A stretch of 64,000 nucleotides of DNA from Microthyrium microscopicum (lineage: Eukaryota), in contig MU004238.1 in NCBI GenBank assembly GCA_010405405.1, positions 2,057,530-2,121,529 on the forward strand, written 5' to 3'. Under the pieces are notes generated by a model that was given only the letters and a program-made list of their open reading frames with translations, was not told where the DNA came from and searched no databases. Positions 10,842 through 23,600 of this stretch are shown piece by piece (within the stretch, counting starts at the first letter, position 1; every line of letters begins with the position of its first letter). The position numbers were made by a program, and so were the translations under genes.

Positions 10842-13800
10842 ATGGTTGTCCCGGGAACAAAGGAGGTTCAAGCGTCGTGTGCTTTCATCGATCAGTTACG
10901 CATCAAAACCGGAGGCATAACTGACGAAGATCGAAAATTTCTTCAAGAGAGACCTCATCTGTTGGAAACCATCAACTCATTGCGCTCGCAATTGGGTGCA
11001 TCAACCAAAATGTATGTCTTAAGTCGAAAGAATTAAAGTTCTGTTTTCCCAAGCTAACATTTTACAGCCTTTCGCAAAATCTCTATAACACTGCCGCTCG
11101 TTTTATCTACGAGCTGATCCAAAACGCAGAAGATAACAACTATACAAAATCACCTAACCCACCTCATGTTAGTCCGACTCTACGGCAGGATCGTATCATC
11201 ATAGACTCCAACGAAGATGGGTTTTCTCGAGGTAACATCGAAGCCATATGTGCTGTTGGTAAGAGCACCAAACAATTCAGCGAAGGGTACATTGGAGAAA
11301 AGGGCATAGGCTTCAAATCAGTTTTCACAGTGGCGAACCGCGTCCATATCCAGTCGGGTCCTCATTCCTTTGCCTTCAACTATGATCCACAGGACAAAAA
11401 TGACGGTGGATTAGGGATGGTCACACCTTTGAACCAGGAGCACGATAAAAGTATTCCGAACGATGTCGGTACCCGCCTGATATTGTATCTCAAAGAGGAG
11501 TGTGATCGTGAAGCTCTGTACAAAGAGTTTACTGATCTGCCCGAAACCCTACTGCTCTTCCTTAAAAAACTGAAGCGCCTCTCCATTGACATCAGTATTC
11601 CAAGTCTAGAATCTCGCAAATTGGAATTCTCACTTCAACAGACGCTGTCTTCAACACCGCACAACTTCGTCACAATTCAAAAAAGAGATGGCGCGTCTGT
11701 CTCAGATCAAAAATATTTCATCAAAAAGCGCAATGTCACGAACATGCCCGCGGTACCCGCTCGGCAAAACATTGAATCCGCGGAGGTCGTCCTGGCGTTT
11801 CCAGTCGAAAAGTTTCACACACCAATCATAGAAGATCAAAATACCTTCGCCTTCCTCCCACTCAGGAAATTTGGGTTCAAGGTGTGTAATACGGGTCTAC
11901 TTACCTACCTACTCTAGGTCACTGGCAATATGCTAATGAACACCAATCAGTTTATGATCCAGTCAGACTTCATCACTCAGGCAAACCGTGAAGATGTCTG
12001 CGACGATGGTTCCTCAAACTCGCAATGGAATCAGCGGTTACTATCGGAGGTCGTTAGAACATTTTTTCATGCTCTAGAAGATTCCCACGGATTTCTACAG
12101 TATAGGTCTATGAAATACAACTGGGTGAGGTATCTGACAACTACGCCAATCATCCAAGGATTCTGGGAGCGTCTTCGGCAGCGTCTCCACTCCGAGATAT
12201 GCAATCGCAAACTATTTTACGCTCGTGGAATAGATCGAACCTTACATCACGCGAGCCACTTGAGGATCATCAGTCCCCTGTTTCGAGACGACCAAGGAAA
12301 TCCTTTGCTTTCGCAAGAGGGAGTGCAAGGCAACTACGATATCTCCGAGAACTACGATGGGAAGCTGGATCTTCCTATATTGAAAACGTTGGGGGTCCAA
12401 GATTTATCTCACTGGGATTTCTTACAGAGACTACAGCAAGATCTTGCCACAGACTCGTCTCGAATGAAATCCAAGAGTACAACTGCTCAATGGCACGACA
12501 AAATGGCCACAGTGCTATCCAAGTCCATCTCCACGAAGCGCTGCAAAGACCTTCTGGTCAGACTAGAGATAGTCCCACTGGCAACTGGAAGATGGGCTCG
12601 ACCGCTCAAAGCGAGCATTTTTTGGCCTACTTCAGCTGGAGTCAATATACCGAGTGATTTGGGTTTGGCAATGGTATCGTCCACTGCATTAGAAATAGAC
12701 AGTCGCAAAAAGCTATTCCAGTCGTTAGGAGTCGAGGAATATGGGCCCGCTGATGTTTTTAAAATGATTGAATCGCGATATAAGGCAGTTTTTGGCGTGA
12801 ATCAGATACACCACAGCGAGCACATCAAGTTTCTCTTCGGTCATCATGGCGAACTCAACGCAAATGACTGCCTCATTCCTCTGTTGACCCATGAAGGCAA
12901 GCTTTACAATACCTCCAACAATCTACCAGGCGATATGGCTTTTGGAACAGCCAACGGCAACATGTATTGTTCTGAAGCTCGAGGTCAATATGCATTACTG
13001 ACGCTGTTGAACGGGAGAACACCCCCAAAGCTGGAAGGCAAAATTCACTGGCCTCACCCGGACTACTATGAGGCTCTGAAAGAGTGTACATTGAACGGCG
13101 GTATTTCTGGGGAGGAATGGTTTAGGAGCAGATTTCGATTGCATACTCTGCCTTGTCTACGAACCAGAGAAACCACCGACAAAAACTTCCCAAAAATGTC
13201 TCCAGAGCTGCAATATATCATCAGCGACTTGCCTCATTACCTCCTAGGCGTACTTGCGGCATGTTGGTCTCAGTATCCCTCTTCAAAAGGGTGGATTGCC
13301 GCAATACAAGAGGCAAAGGTCCCCATTCTGGAATCCTTGGAAATGCGGGAGCTGAAATCATCATTTCTTCCATTGCCTAGACTGAAGCATATCGTCTCTA
13401 GTATGGCACTGGAAAAGGATTTTGGTTTCCTCAAAGAGTTAGCCGGCATGACTGATGCCGATGCATCGCGCTGGAACTTTTTGAGCACCTTTGGTGTTGG
13501 TTTAGAGGAGAACGTTGATTTCTGGCTTGCACTTTATCAGCAATTATGTCATCCGAACAATGTCAAGATAGATGATATCTTCACGATCTATCGCCGCCTT
13601 CAAACGTTTGTTTCTGCGGATGATGTCCAGACCATACAGTGAGTTACCAGCGAACTTCTTTTGATGACTGCTTTGAGACTTTGTTTAGGCACAGTTTCAG
13701 AAAAGAGCAGATTAAATATCCGCGTAAAGATCCAGCCGCAACTTGGAATTGGGTTGGTATCAAGGATTGTGTTTGGAACGCTCCAGACTGGTATGAGTAC

Positions 13801-16154
13801 CACTACTGACTCAACAGAATAACCCGATACCAACCACTATATTGCCTTTTCGTGGAGACGCTACATCTCAGAAATGCTACTCTTGATGATTTCCTACAAT
13901 ATCTTGAGCACATACAGAAGGAAGAGGCTTATGTTCAAGACATCAAAGAGGAACGGCGAATTACCGCGATCTATCGCACGCTGAGCGATATTAAGCCTGA
14001 GCTTCCGACTCCATCTCCTGGCAATAGCTCCAGAATAGTTGGCACGCTTGTTCTTCAGGCAGAGGCACAAATCGATTCAATCGAAAAAATCAGGTCAGTA
14101 CCAGAATTGAGCAAATATCTGCATTGGCAGGCTGATCAAGAGGACTAACGGCTACAGAAACCATTTCGAGCGGGCAAAACTTATCTACTACCCGCCAAAT
14201 CGATCATGGCACGCCCCTTCCGACTGTGTATGGGCGGACGATACAGTTTCTTTACCGCACAAGGTTTCACTTTCCACCGCCTACAAAGGTCTTACATCGT
14301 TTTTTCATAAAACTCTGGCCATACCCAAACCGAGTCTAGATATGCACATCCTTGCTCTTTGTCAAAAGGCTTTGGAGAATCCTGAAAAGTCGAGGATCTT
14401 GGAGGAGATGAGGAACATTTGCGCTCTTCAACCAACAGAAGTCCTTTTGCGGTCGAAACTGTCTGATTCTAAATTTTTACCAATCAGGAACTGCGCAGGA
14501 GATCTAACATGGGCATCAGCCAGCAGTACTTATGCCATTATCGATCGACGGGAATATGGCACCGTATTCGCTGGTAAAATATGCCTGCTGGACTTTACTC
14601 TAGAGGCAGTCCATTCCTTGCGGCCGTTTCTTTCTGCTCTAGGCTTACAGTGTCGATACTTGTCAGCCCTTGTGAAGGAGGAAACTAAAGTTCAAGAAGG
14701 CCTACTAGATCAATATTTTACAAATGATCTCAGGCAGAAAGCATATGCAATTTGCCGGTAGAGTCCCAAATTCTCTGCTTATTTGAGAAGTACCTTACTA
14801 ATTTTCACAGATACGCTGTGCATTTCGGAAGTGCGGATCCAGTCTCTACATACGATCTACTCCAAAATCTGGAAGTATACACCAGTGATGGAATCTCTAA
14901 GGTCGTTTCAATCACGCAACTTGGTCCGCCCATATCTGTTTCAGTAAGCACTGCATATTGTCATTTGAGTTCAACAGACAATCAGATGAAAGTTTATATT
15001 CCCCGAAACCTCAACAATCAACACATAAGTCTTTGCAGAACCCTTCCTACACTGCTTCTCAAGCACTTCGGTATAGAAGATACCAAAACTGGGGCGCAGC
15101 TTGGTGCAATCATCACTGCCAGAAGCTTGGTTAACGTGGACTGTATTCTCGAAGAAGACGGCATTATCGACGTACCAGGGGTAGTGCGTGAGCAAACTGA
15201 TCAAGAAAGTGACTCTTCGAATGATGCCAATCTGGTAGACATCAATGTTTTTACCCCTGAACGGCCCTCGACAACGGGATATAACTCCTCAGGTCGAGGG
15301 TATTTTGCAAGTCCAGGCTCTGAGCCTAGAAGAAGCAGCAGCACCAGTAACGATCCGTTCTTGACACCAGCCACTTCCGTTTCAAGCCATTCACCACTTC
15401 CGCCAGATCGCCAGGATTTGTATGGAAAGCTTATTGACATGGTGATTAAGCAAGCAGATAGAGTAGAAGGACTTCCTAAGAAAGGGGACCTCAGGGCGAC
15501 ATCGCTGGAAACCGAGCTTGGCTTTACTTCCGAGCGTGCACTTTATTCTGCTGTGCAAGGAGAGTACAAATTCAAGACTGGGGCTGCTGGTGAACTATTT
15601 GTGAATGAGTCCCATCTCTTTTCAGTTTTGACTTGGTTTGCTAATTTTGAAAGGTCTACGAAATCCTCAGCAGGCTCGAGCTTCCAGGCTTCAGTCTTGA
15701 CAACTGGCAGAGTACCATCCGCCATCGAGTAAATGTTCACGACAAATATCGGGATCTTGTTAGGTGGAGCGGCAGGGAGACTGCAGATATCGTGTACCGA
15801 GACGAAGCAAACAAACTAACAGCTATGCTCATTTCCAAAGGATATCTATCAAGAGAAAAATGGGTGGATCGTACTCCAACATACTACCTGGAGGTAAAGA
15901 CAACGACGGGACCTCTGGAGCAACCTTTCTTTTGCAGTCAAAACCAGTACGATAGGATGGAGAAGCTTGAACTTAGCGAGGATCGAATTGATGGAGAAAT
16001 CTACCTGATTGTGAGAGTATTTAGTTCGGGGGAAACTAGGATGGGTTTGAAATTGTATCTGGATCCTGCAACTCTTCGCAAGAAGCATGAGTTGACGTTT
16101 GTGTCAGATCGGTATGCTGTGACTCCATTACGGGAAGTAGACCGGTACTTGTAG
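10842..16154 (+). CDS. Sacsin/NO-VEIN-like GHKL ATPase with C-terminal DUF3883-like PD-(D/E)xK nuclease; in-frame TGA at 13807 (possibly a pseudogene)
   Basis: Introns 11012..11067, 11882..11950, 13639..13688, 14094..14157, 14758..14810, 15601..15653. N-terminus: RFIYELIQNAEDN, DSNEDGF, IGEKGIGFKSVF (GHKL motifs). C-terminus: GAAGELFVYE...ETADIVY...YYLEVKTT...FFCSQNQ. Confidence 0.8.
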
Positions 16155-16309
16155 TATTCTTGTATTGACCGATTAGCTTTGATTTTGCACGAGTTACGAT
16201 ATAGTCTCTGGATATTTTGAAGGTACAATAACGGTTTCTAGCTAAATCAATTGTATTCAACCTTGAACCAAAAAATCAATCGCTTGACATCCCAGCATAT
16301 GGAATTGAA

Positions 16310-17245
16310 TCAATGAAGTGAATCATGGCTATCCAGCTTAGTAGTGTTCTCATCCATTATGTGTTGCGCGTTCTGTACAGTATCTTGACGGTGGAGGCCA
16401 GGGAGCTCGTCGTTAGCATGTGCTTGTTCATCCAGCTTATCGGCAATGTTCAGTTGATTGTCAATGTCCTCTTGTCCAGTAGCTTCACTCTTGTCAGCAA
16501 AGAGATCCGCTACAGCTCCCTTGCCTATTGTTCTTTGGTAAACAGCAAAGCTAGTAGCAAACTCTCTATGCGCTCCAACCTTGATAGCCTCGAGGAAAAC
16601 TGTGGCAAAGTTCTGGCAGTTGTTACTGATCAGATTATATCCTGGTCTTTTTTCTCTCATCTTATGAATTGTCATTTCGCCTAAAATTGTCTGGTTAAGG
16701 GCTATTTTGCAGATACTTGGGATTAAGGAATAGTATTATCTTACCTGCATGTCTTAATGCTTCATCGTTGAATCTAGTATGGCCAACTTCAAATGTATGC
16801 CAGTCGGCTTTGTTGATCTTCTCGTTGATATAAATCACATCAAGATGCTCATCCTACAACAATAGTCAGTTACACAACCCAGTAATGTCAGCTTTTGAGA
16901 CTTGCCATCCATAGCTCATGGCAGTAATCTCCCACAAGTACTGCCCAATGCTGTGTTGGGTCTGGATACTTGTTGATCTTCTCCGTAATCATTTTGCCAA
17001 CTCCAGTCTTTTCAGCGAACCATTTGCCAGCGAAGCCTCCGACCGGATGCCAGCCGATTTCTACCAATCTTGGATCTCCACTAATGTTTGAGTGGTCGGG
17101 GGGAATTACGTTCGGCCTGTGGCCAAGTCCAAGGCCGTGTTCAAGCTGCAGTTTGCCCTTCAATAGTCCCTGTTTCCTACCAAGGGTCAGCTATCGGATG
17201 GAATATTCAACAATCAGAGCCAATGTCTTACAGAAATGTTCCCAT
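16310..17245 (-). CDS. PPPDE/LRAT-like (permuted papain-fold) putative thiol peptidase
   Basis: ATG 17245 (MGTFLKQG...); introns 17177..17231, 16854..16905 (GC-AG), 16681..16744. Catalytic-type motifs QHWAVLVGD and YNLISNNCQNFA. Confidence 0.72.
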
Positions 17246-17696
17246 CCTATCTCGTTTCGATTGCTGTGCCTCCGGAGCCTGATCTTCGACATTGTCCAGC
17301 TCTGCCATCGTTGTTTCGGTTGATAACAACTGCTTTTCGGGACAAGTGCTGTGTGGTGGAATCCCCCTTTAAAACTTGATCCAAAACCTCCAAGGACTCG
17401 CGATAACCTCGTGCGGCTGCTATATAGTATTGGCAGCAAAGAAATCTTGTTTGATAAAAGTAAGGAATGAACTGAAGTTATCTAAGCGCTGAACAACCAT
17501 ACGCCCAAAGCCAGATCACGTTATCGCAGACCAATCAAAAGCGGCCATAGACATCGTGGACTGGCAGTGTCTTGAAGATGATATTTGGTGTCTCAGACAA
17601 GAGAAAAATTGTGAAGATACTATATACATAAAAGTTATATTTCAGTCAAAGTGACAGGCATTATTTACAAATCAGTACCATCGAAAACGCCATCGC

Positions 17697-20600
17697 TTAA
17701 GCCCAAGGAGACCAACCTGGATACAGAACTGCCAGATTCTTTTCATCTGTCGCCTGCTGTATCAGCTCACTCACAGTTGCCGCAGTGCTCATCACTTTGC
17801 TCAACTTTTTCTCCACCACACTCAGCGCCCGCTCAGCCATTCCACCATCGTCTTTGGCACCAGATCCGAGAATGTCGCCCATTCCTGATTCCTCGCTCTG
17901 CAATCGCTTTGCTCGAAGCGGGTTGACCGTCCAGTTAACGAGAGGGTCGAATCGGAGGACATTAAGTAGTGTCATTATGCTCTCGCGATCTTCTCGAAGG
18001 GCGTCGAGAGTAAACTCACAGCAACGTCGGAAGACACCCTCCGTCTTGGTAATGCCGAAGCCATCGACGATGTCGCGAGACAGACGGAAAGGCACAACCT
18101 CGGGCACTGGTAATACCCGGCCGGCTTCGAAGGCGATTCCAAGATCAATGTGAACTGCCTCGCCCGTGGCCTGATCAAGTAGGATGTTGTGGCAGTGGCG
18201 ATCGCCCAACCCAAGAATGTGACCCAGCATCGAAATGGCAGCCGTGGAGCGTGTATATGCCAGACGTTTCTCGAACCAAGTATCAGGGTCGACAAAACGT
18301 TCCAAAAAGAAGAATCGCATGATTGGCTGGAAATTGGCCATAACTTCCCGGAAGACTTTGACTTTGGAACTTTGGTCATTGGTCTGCTGCATGATGCTTT
18401 GCAACTTTTCTCGACAGCGGTTCCATGACCAGTCTGACGGGCGATACTTTACGTGGGCCGGTTGCAGATAGTCGCTCAAGGGAATGGTGTTAGGCACAAA
18501 TTCTATGATTCCCGAGTTTCCACTCAAGGGCAAAACTTTGTACGTCCGAATGTGCATCTTGCGTTGCCGAGTTGCCGGGTGATTCTTGAGTAGTTGGCTG
18601 ACTTGCTCAAAGACTTGCTCCATGATAGCATCTTGTCGGAGATCATCGTTACCAGCTTTGTACTGCGATAAGTTAGTTTCTACTCCTTGTGTTTGTGAAA
18701 GGGACCTACCAATTGCTTATAGTTCTGGCCATTACTCGCAATTGCAGTCAAGATCTTCGGGGCACTGATACCGGAGGCAATTGTCATTTTGGGCTTGAAT
18801 CCAATGGTAATCGGCACATTCGTGTAGTCAGCCTCTTTGTTGAGAGGTATATCCATGGTTGCAGGCGGTACTCGCAAGTTCTGTATCTTCCCAGCCATGG
18901 TCGCAGATGGTGATATCCGATTGATATCGACTTCCTTACCGACAGAGAGCTTGCTGCCAGTGTAGGTAGCCAAAGCGTGATACATGGTGTTTGCCTGCCA
19001 AAATCGATTCCAGAGGTCCTTAGCTCCAGACTTCGTTTTCATCGCATCTGCAATAGTCTTGGTTGCGTTCTTTCGCGATGCACCAGATGCGTCCGTTTGA
19101 TGGGTGTTGTTCAATGTCGCAAAGATGTGGTGCAAAGAGTGATACGGGTGCTTCAGACAGATACCATAGATCAAATTCTTCAGCGTTTTCTGAAAGTCAC
19201 TCTTGTCTTCCTGGAGAAGCGATGACAGCTGATTCATCAGAACTGCCAGCTTGTGACTTGGAACATGGAGGACATGCTCGGCGACAATATCATTGGTGGA
19301 TTGCAAGTTGGAGTACTCGAGCCAAATCGAGAAGAAGCGCAGAACATCGTTGTCATTCTGATCCCAAGCAGCAAGAGAACGAAGGTAATTTTCGATGCAC
19401 TGCTTGATCAATGTATCGCGTGCAGCTGTCATACGATCGGATTCTTCACGATCGAGGCCGTACCAACGCTGGGCTAGTTTAGCCTCCTTGTTGAGCTTCG
19501 CATGCTCGTTCTTATCTTTGGAGGCTTTTATCATGTTCCGATAGGCCTCAACCTCCTTCTTGCGCTTTTCCTTAGCTTCAGTAATGCGTTTGGACTCCTC
19601 CATTACATCTGGGTTGTGAAGTTGTCGGTCACAGAAGGCTGCAAATTCATGAAGAACGCGACCGGCTTGCTCGCCACGGAAGTTCTTTTTCAAACCTTCA
19701 AGAGCAGGCGTCATGTACTTTTCTGTGATTTGGGCTGAGTTTTCAAGTCTTGCTTCGCCAATGTGGTGTCCCTAGACCCGTCAGTTTGACTCCTACAATG
19801 AGATTAGAACAGCTTACCAGCTTTGCCAGAATTGTTGCCTTTTTGCATGACAACTTTGAATCAGATTTCGGTCCTTTTTGAGAAATCAAGGCCTCCAGCA
19901 TGTGAACTGATGTAGTCTGTTCTCCTTGAGACCACAGTATGTCGGCGACAACCTCTTGAACATCAAGCTCGACGTCAATACCAGCCTCCTTGCAGATGGG
20001 GACAAGGTCGGTCAGGTAATTGGCGGATGCAAGCAATCCGTTGTTGACGTTCCGTTTCATAGACAGCCGGGTAGAATGCAAAAGCGAATGGACTTGATGG
20101 CTTCTCGCATCGGTTTGAGGTACATGTAAGAGAGCTTGTAGTCCAGGATTGCCACTGAGGACATTGAACAGCGTTTCTCTTGAAGACTGCAACGCAGAGA
20201 ATGACTCTGATCTGATTGATGTTAGTGGTTTCCCAAGTGATTAATATTTAGACTTACTGAGCTGTTGACATGAGAGAATCTCGCTCGATCATTCTATTTC
20301 TGGCCTCAACAAGGTCTGCAACGCTACGACTACTAATGACCTCGTCAATCTCAGCCAATACTCCAAGCGTCCTAAAGGAAGCTTGCAGCACTCTTGGGTC
20401 GAGTCCGGGTTTTAGCGCAGCTCTCATGACGGAGACAATACTTGAATCAATCCGACTCTTCACGACAGGCGCCTCTGTAGTCGCGCTGAGGCCCTGGAAT
20501 ACTTTGAAAAGCATCGCTGGCTCAGAAGTTGAAGTTTCTGGAGCACGTATGTCCCATTGTTCCAGCTTGCGAGCTGTCTGGAGGGCATCGTCAAGTACGT

Positions 20601-23600
20601 TACTTCCCTGACCGTTGGCTCGATAGCTCGATAGCAAGGCGTGGCTGACACTGTTAAGATTCAGTCTGGAGAGTGCTTGTATAATGCCAGAGGTATCCTG
20701 AGTTGTCGCCGGCTGCAGTCGTATATCACTATCTAGCCGTGCGCTGTGGAACAACAAGGCCTGGTAGCCATTCTTCTCGTAATCGAGCCGCTGGACGACA
20801 GAGGCGAGAGAGTTGCTCTGGTGGACACCATAGAAAGCATCTGGCTCATCGATACTTGAATATATGTTCAGAAGTAGATCGTTGGGTAGGGCAATTGGGG
20901 CCAGATCTGATCTATTTTGCGAGGTTGACCGTCGTTGAGAAGTTGACTGGCCTGTTACGGCTGTAGCTGTTTCGGCGAAAAGCAGTGCCGATGTAAACAG
21001 ACCACATATTTCCGCGGCACGAGCTGTCTCTGTGAGGTTGAGATTCAGCCATACCTCCAGCGGATTGCCAGGCGTGGCTTCTGGATGGGGTCGTTGTCGC
21101 AAGTATAAGACCACTTCAATGAGGGACTTCGTGTGTGGTATCGTTTCAGGGGTAACACTGACAAAGATTTTTGAAATTGCCTGCGACAAAATTGTTCGAT
21201 TCGACGGTCCTTTGAAGAGAAAGTCCTCAAACAGCATCAGGTGGATGATTGGCGCTAGTAGCTCAGTGGCCAAGCCATGAATGCCAAATAGTGGTCTAGC
21301 CAAGGCGCGAAGGAAGGTACCTTTGGTGGATTTGACGAGTGAGATAGCAAGTGTTCTCACCCATTCCTCTGCGTTGGTAGTGTGCGGTGTCAGAGCGACA
21401 TGAAGTGGCTTGTTGGGCATCTCGGAAAGAGCAACGGTTGGAGCAGGTGCCTCCATCCTGAGTGCTCCAATCAATTGACCCGGAATCTCCATTTCTAGTC
21501 CTTTGATAGACGCTGGCTTGCTTATGAGATCCCTTAATGCGTCTTCCGCGAGGCCTACATCATTTCTATTCGGGCTAATAAGCAATCGACATAGAACTTG
21601 TAAAATGACGACCTTAGAACCTCTAGCTGCATCATCACCATCCCGATCTTCCCAGCCGTCATCCAGGGCCGCAACCTCGTTCAACTTTGATTTCGCTTTA
21701 TAGGACCATTCGGAGGAATTGTGCGCTCGGCCCAAGATCCGTCCAGCCCAGGTGACGTACGAGTCCGGGATGGACGTTAAATTCTGGCAGCTGCGGAGGA
21801 CTGTAGTCGCATACTTCGCCGACTCTGTTTCCGAGCCAAGGAGGTCATCACGGAAAGAAGTGGGAGGATCGAACTTTTCGCAAAATAGAGATAACGAAAG
21901 CTGTTGAACAGGATCGCTGAGAAGGAAATGGTTGAGATCATCCCGGGAGAGAAGCTGTTTGAGGAGTTGGCTTTCAGGCGTTCCTTTGGACGCGTTGGCA
22001 TCAGACTGAGCCCCAACGACGGCGTCCATCAAAGCCTTGAATGAGCTCAGGTACGGGCTCAAATCTTCCTGTCGGCAAATGCGGCTTTCATAATCTTTGC
22101 GCCAATCACGAACAAGCCACTCTCGAAACTCTCTGGCCTTGCTTAGTGTGGCCTGGTGGTCGCTCTCCTGAGTAGTACTGTCCTGTTTTGACAAGGCAAA
22201 CTTTCGCATGGAGACGAGTGTAGATAGAAGAAAGCCTGAAACGAATGGCAAACTCACAGTCAGATATGGCAGACCAGACTGAAGTAGATATTGAGTGATA
22301 CCAATTGCGTCAGTTGCACAATGCTGATCTGTCAACAGGGGGCGCAGTGCATGCAATGCCATCTCGAGAGGATACCCAGAGTAGACACTTGGGCCAGATA
22401 TCGCAATCAATATTCGTATCTTGCGGAGGAATATGCATGCGTGCAGTGATCCAAGCGACTTGTGTAACTTTTGCAAAAGAGTACGTAAAACATAAACAAA
22501 CAGAGGCGGTTTCCAGAAGGAATCGAAGGTCCTTCCTGTCCGCCGAGAAAGTCTTAAGAGATCTCCTACCAGTGACACTCCGGAGAATGCAGGTTGTTGC
22601 TCAGGGGGTAGGACAAGAGTGGATGCACTCAAGCGATTCATCTCTTCCAAGGCCTTCAAAGCATATGTAAGATCGACTTTTTTCTCGCCTGCCATGACTC
22701 TTATGAGTGTTTTTTCTGTATGGATATTCACTGTCGAGAACAATATCGCCAGTATTTGTGGACAGTGTATATCAAGAAGCTTGACATACTCTTTCTCCCC
22801 AATAGTATGTTTGAGACGAGCTTCACGAGCTCGGGCTTTTTGGCCAGCTAGGTTCGCTTCTGCTGAGTCCTTTGCAAAGCAATAAGCTGCAGCTCGTGCA
22901 AACGCGGCAGCGGCCAGACTCGCCACCGGCGCTCCTAAATGCTGCGAAAGTTTTGTGAAATTGTTGTCGGAGGATGACATAAATGCCTGAGCGACGACTT
23001 CATCTTCAACGTCTTTCAGAAGGTCGTTGAGGGACCCATACTTGAACATTGAAAACGGGATGTCGTCAACAGGCGCATCCGATAGCCAAGTATAAAGTAT
23101 TTGGGGGGCAAAGAGCCGGAAAAGTTCCATCTCGTCGTGTAATGACAGGTGATGAGCTATTTGTTTGCCGCAAAATGCTGCGAACTTCGCTTGGGTTTCA
23201 AGCTTGCCGGCAGTCTCGAAGATGTGGTATAGACCTCGACGCTGTAAAGTAGGCCAGGATGCTGCAAGACGAGAAAATATATATAAGCGCATTGCATTTT
23301 GCTCAACTTTTTCGTCCTTCTCGAGGGGCAGTCCCTTAAATATGGTATCGAAAACTTCTTCATGCCGATCTAAAGTGAAGTGATTGAACAGCTCAGTGAT
23401 CCGTTGCGCTGCGTAGTGCTGGGTCAGAGGAACTTGAGCAAGAAGACCAATTATGGTCTTGCTCATTGCTGCTGTTTGTGGGGTTTTCCAATCCGGCCCT
23501 TGGACTTGCAGAATTTTGAATGCGAGCGCAGCTATTTTGGTCTTGACATAACAGGAAACCAAATTCGCGGGCATGTACTTGTTGACAAAGAGCTCGTACA

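Noticed and set aside
13791..13817. 27-nt mini-intron (GTATGA..CTGAC..CAG) that would remove the TGA
   Set aside because: Too short relative to other introns here, and the splice junction recreates a stop (TG|A).
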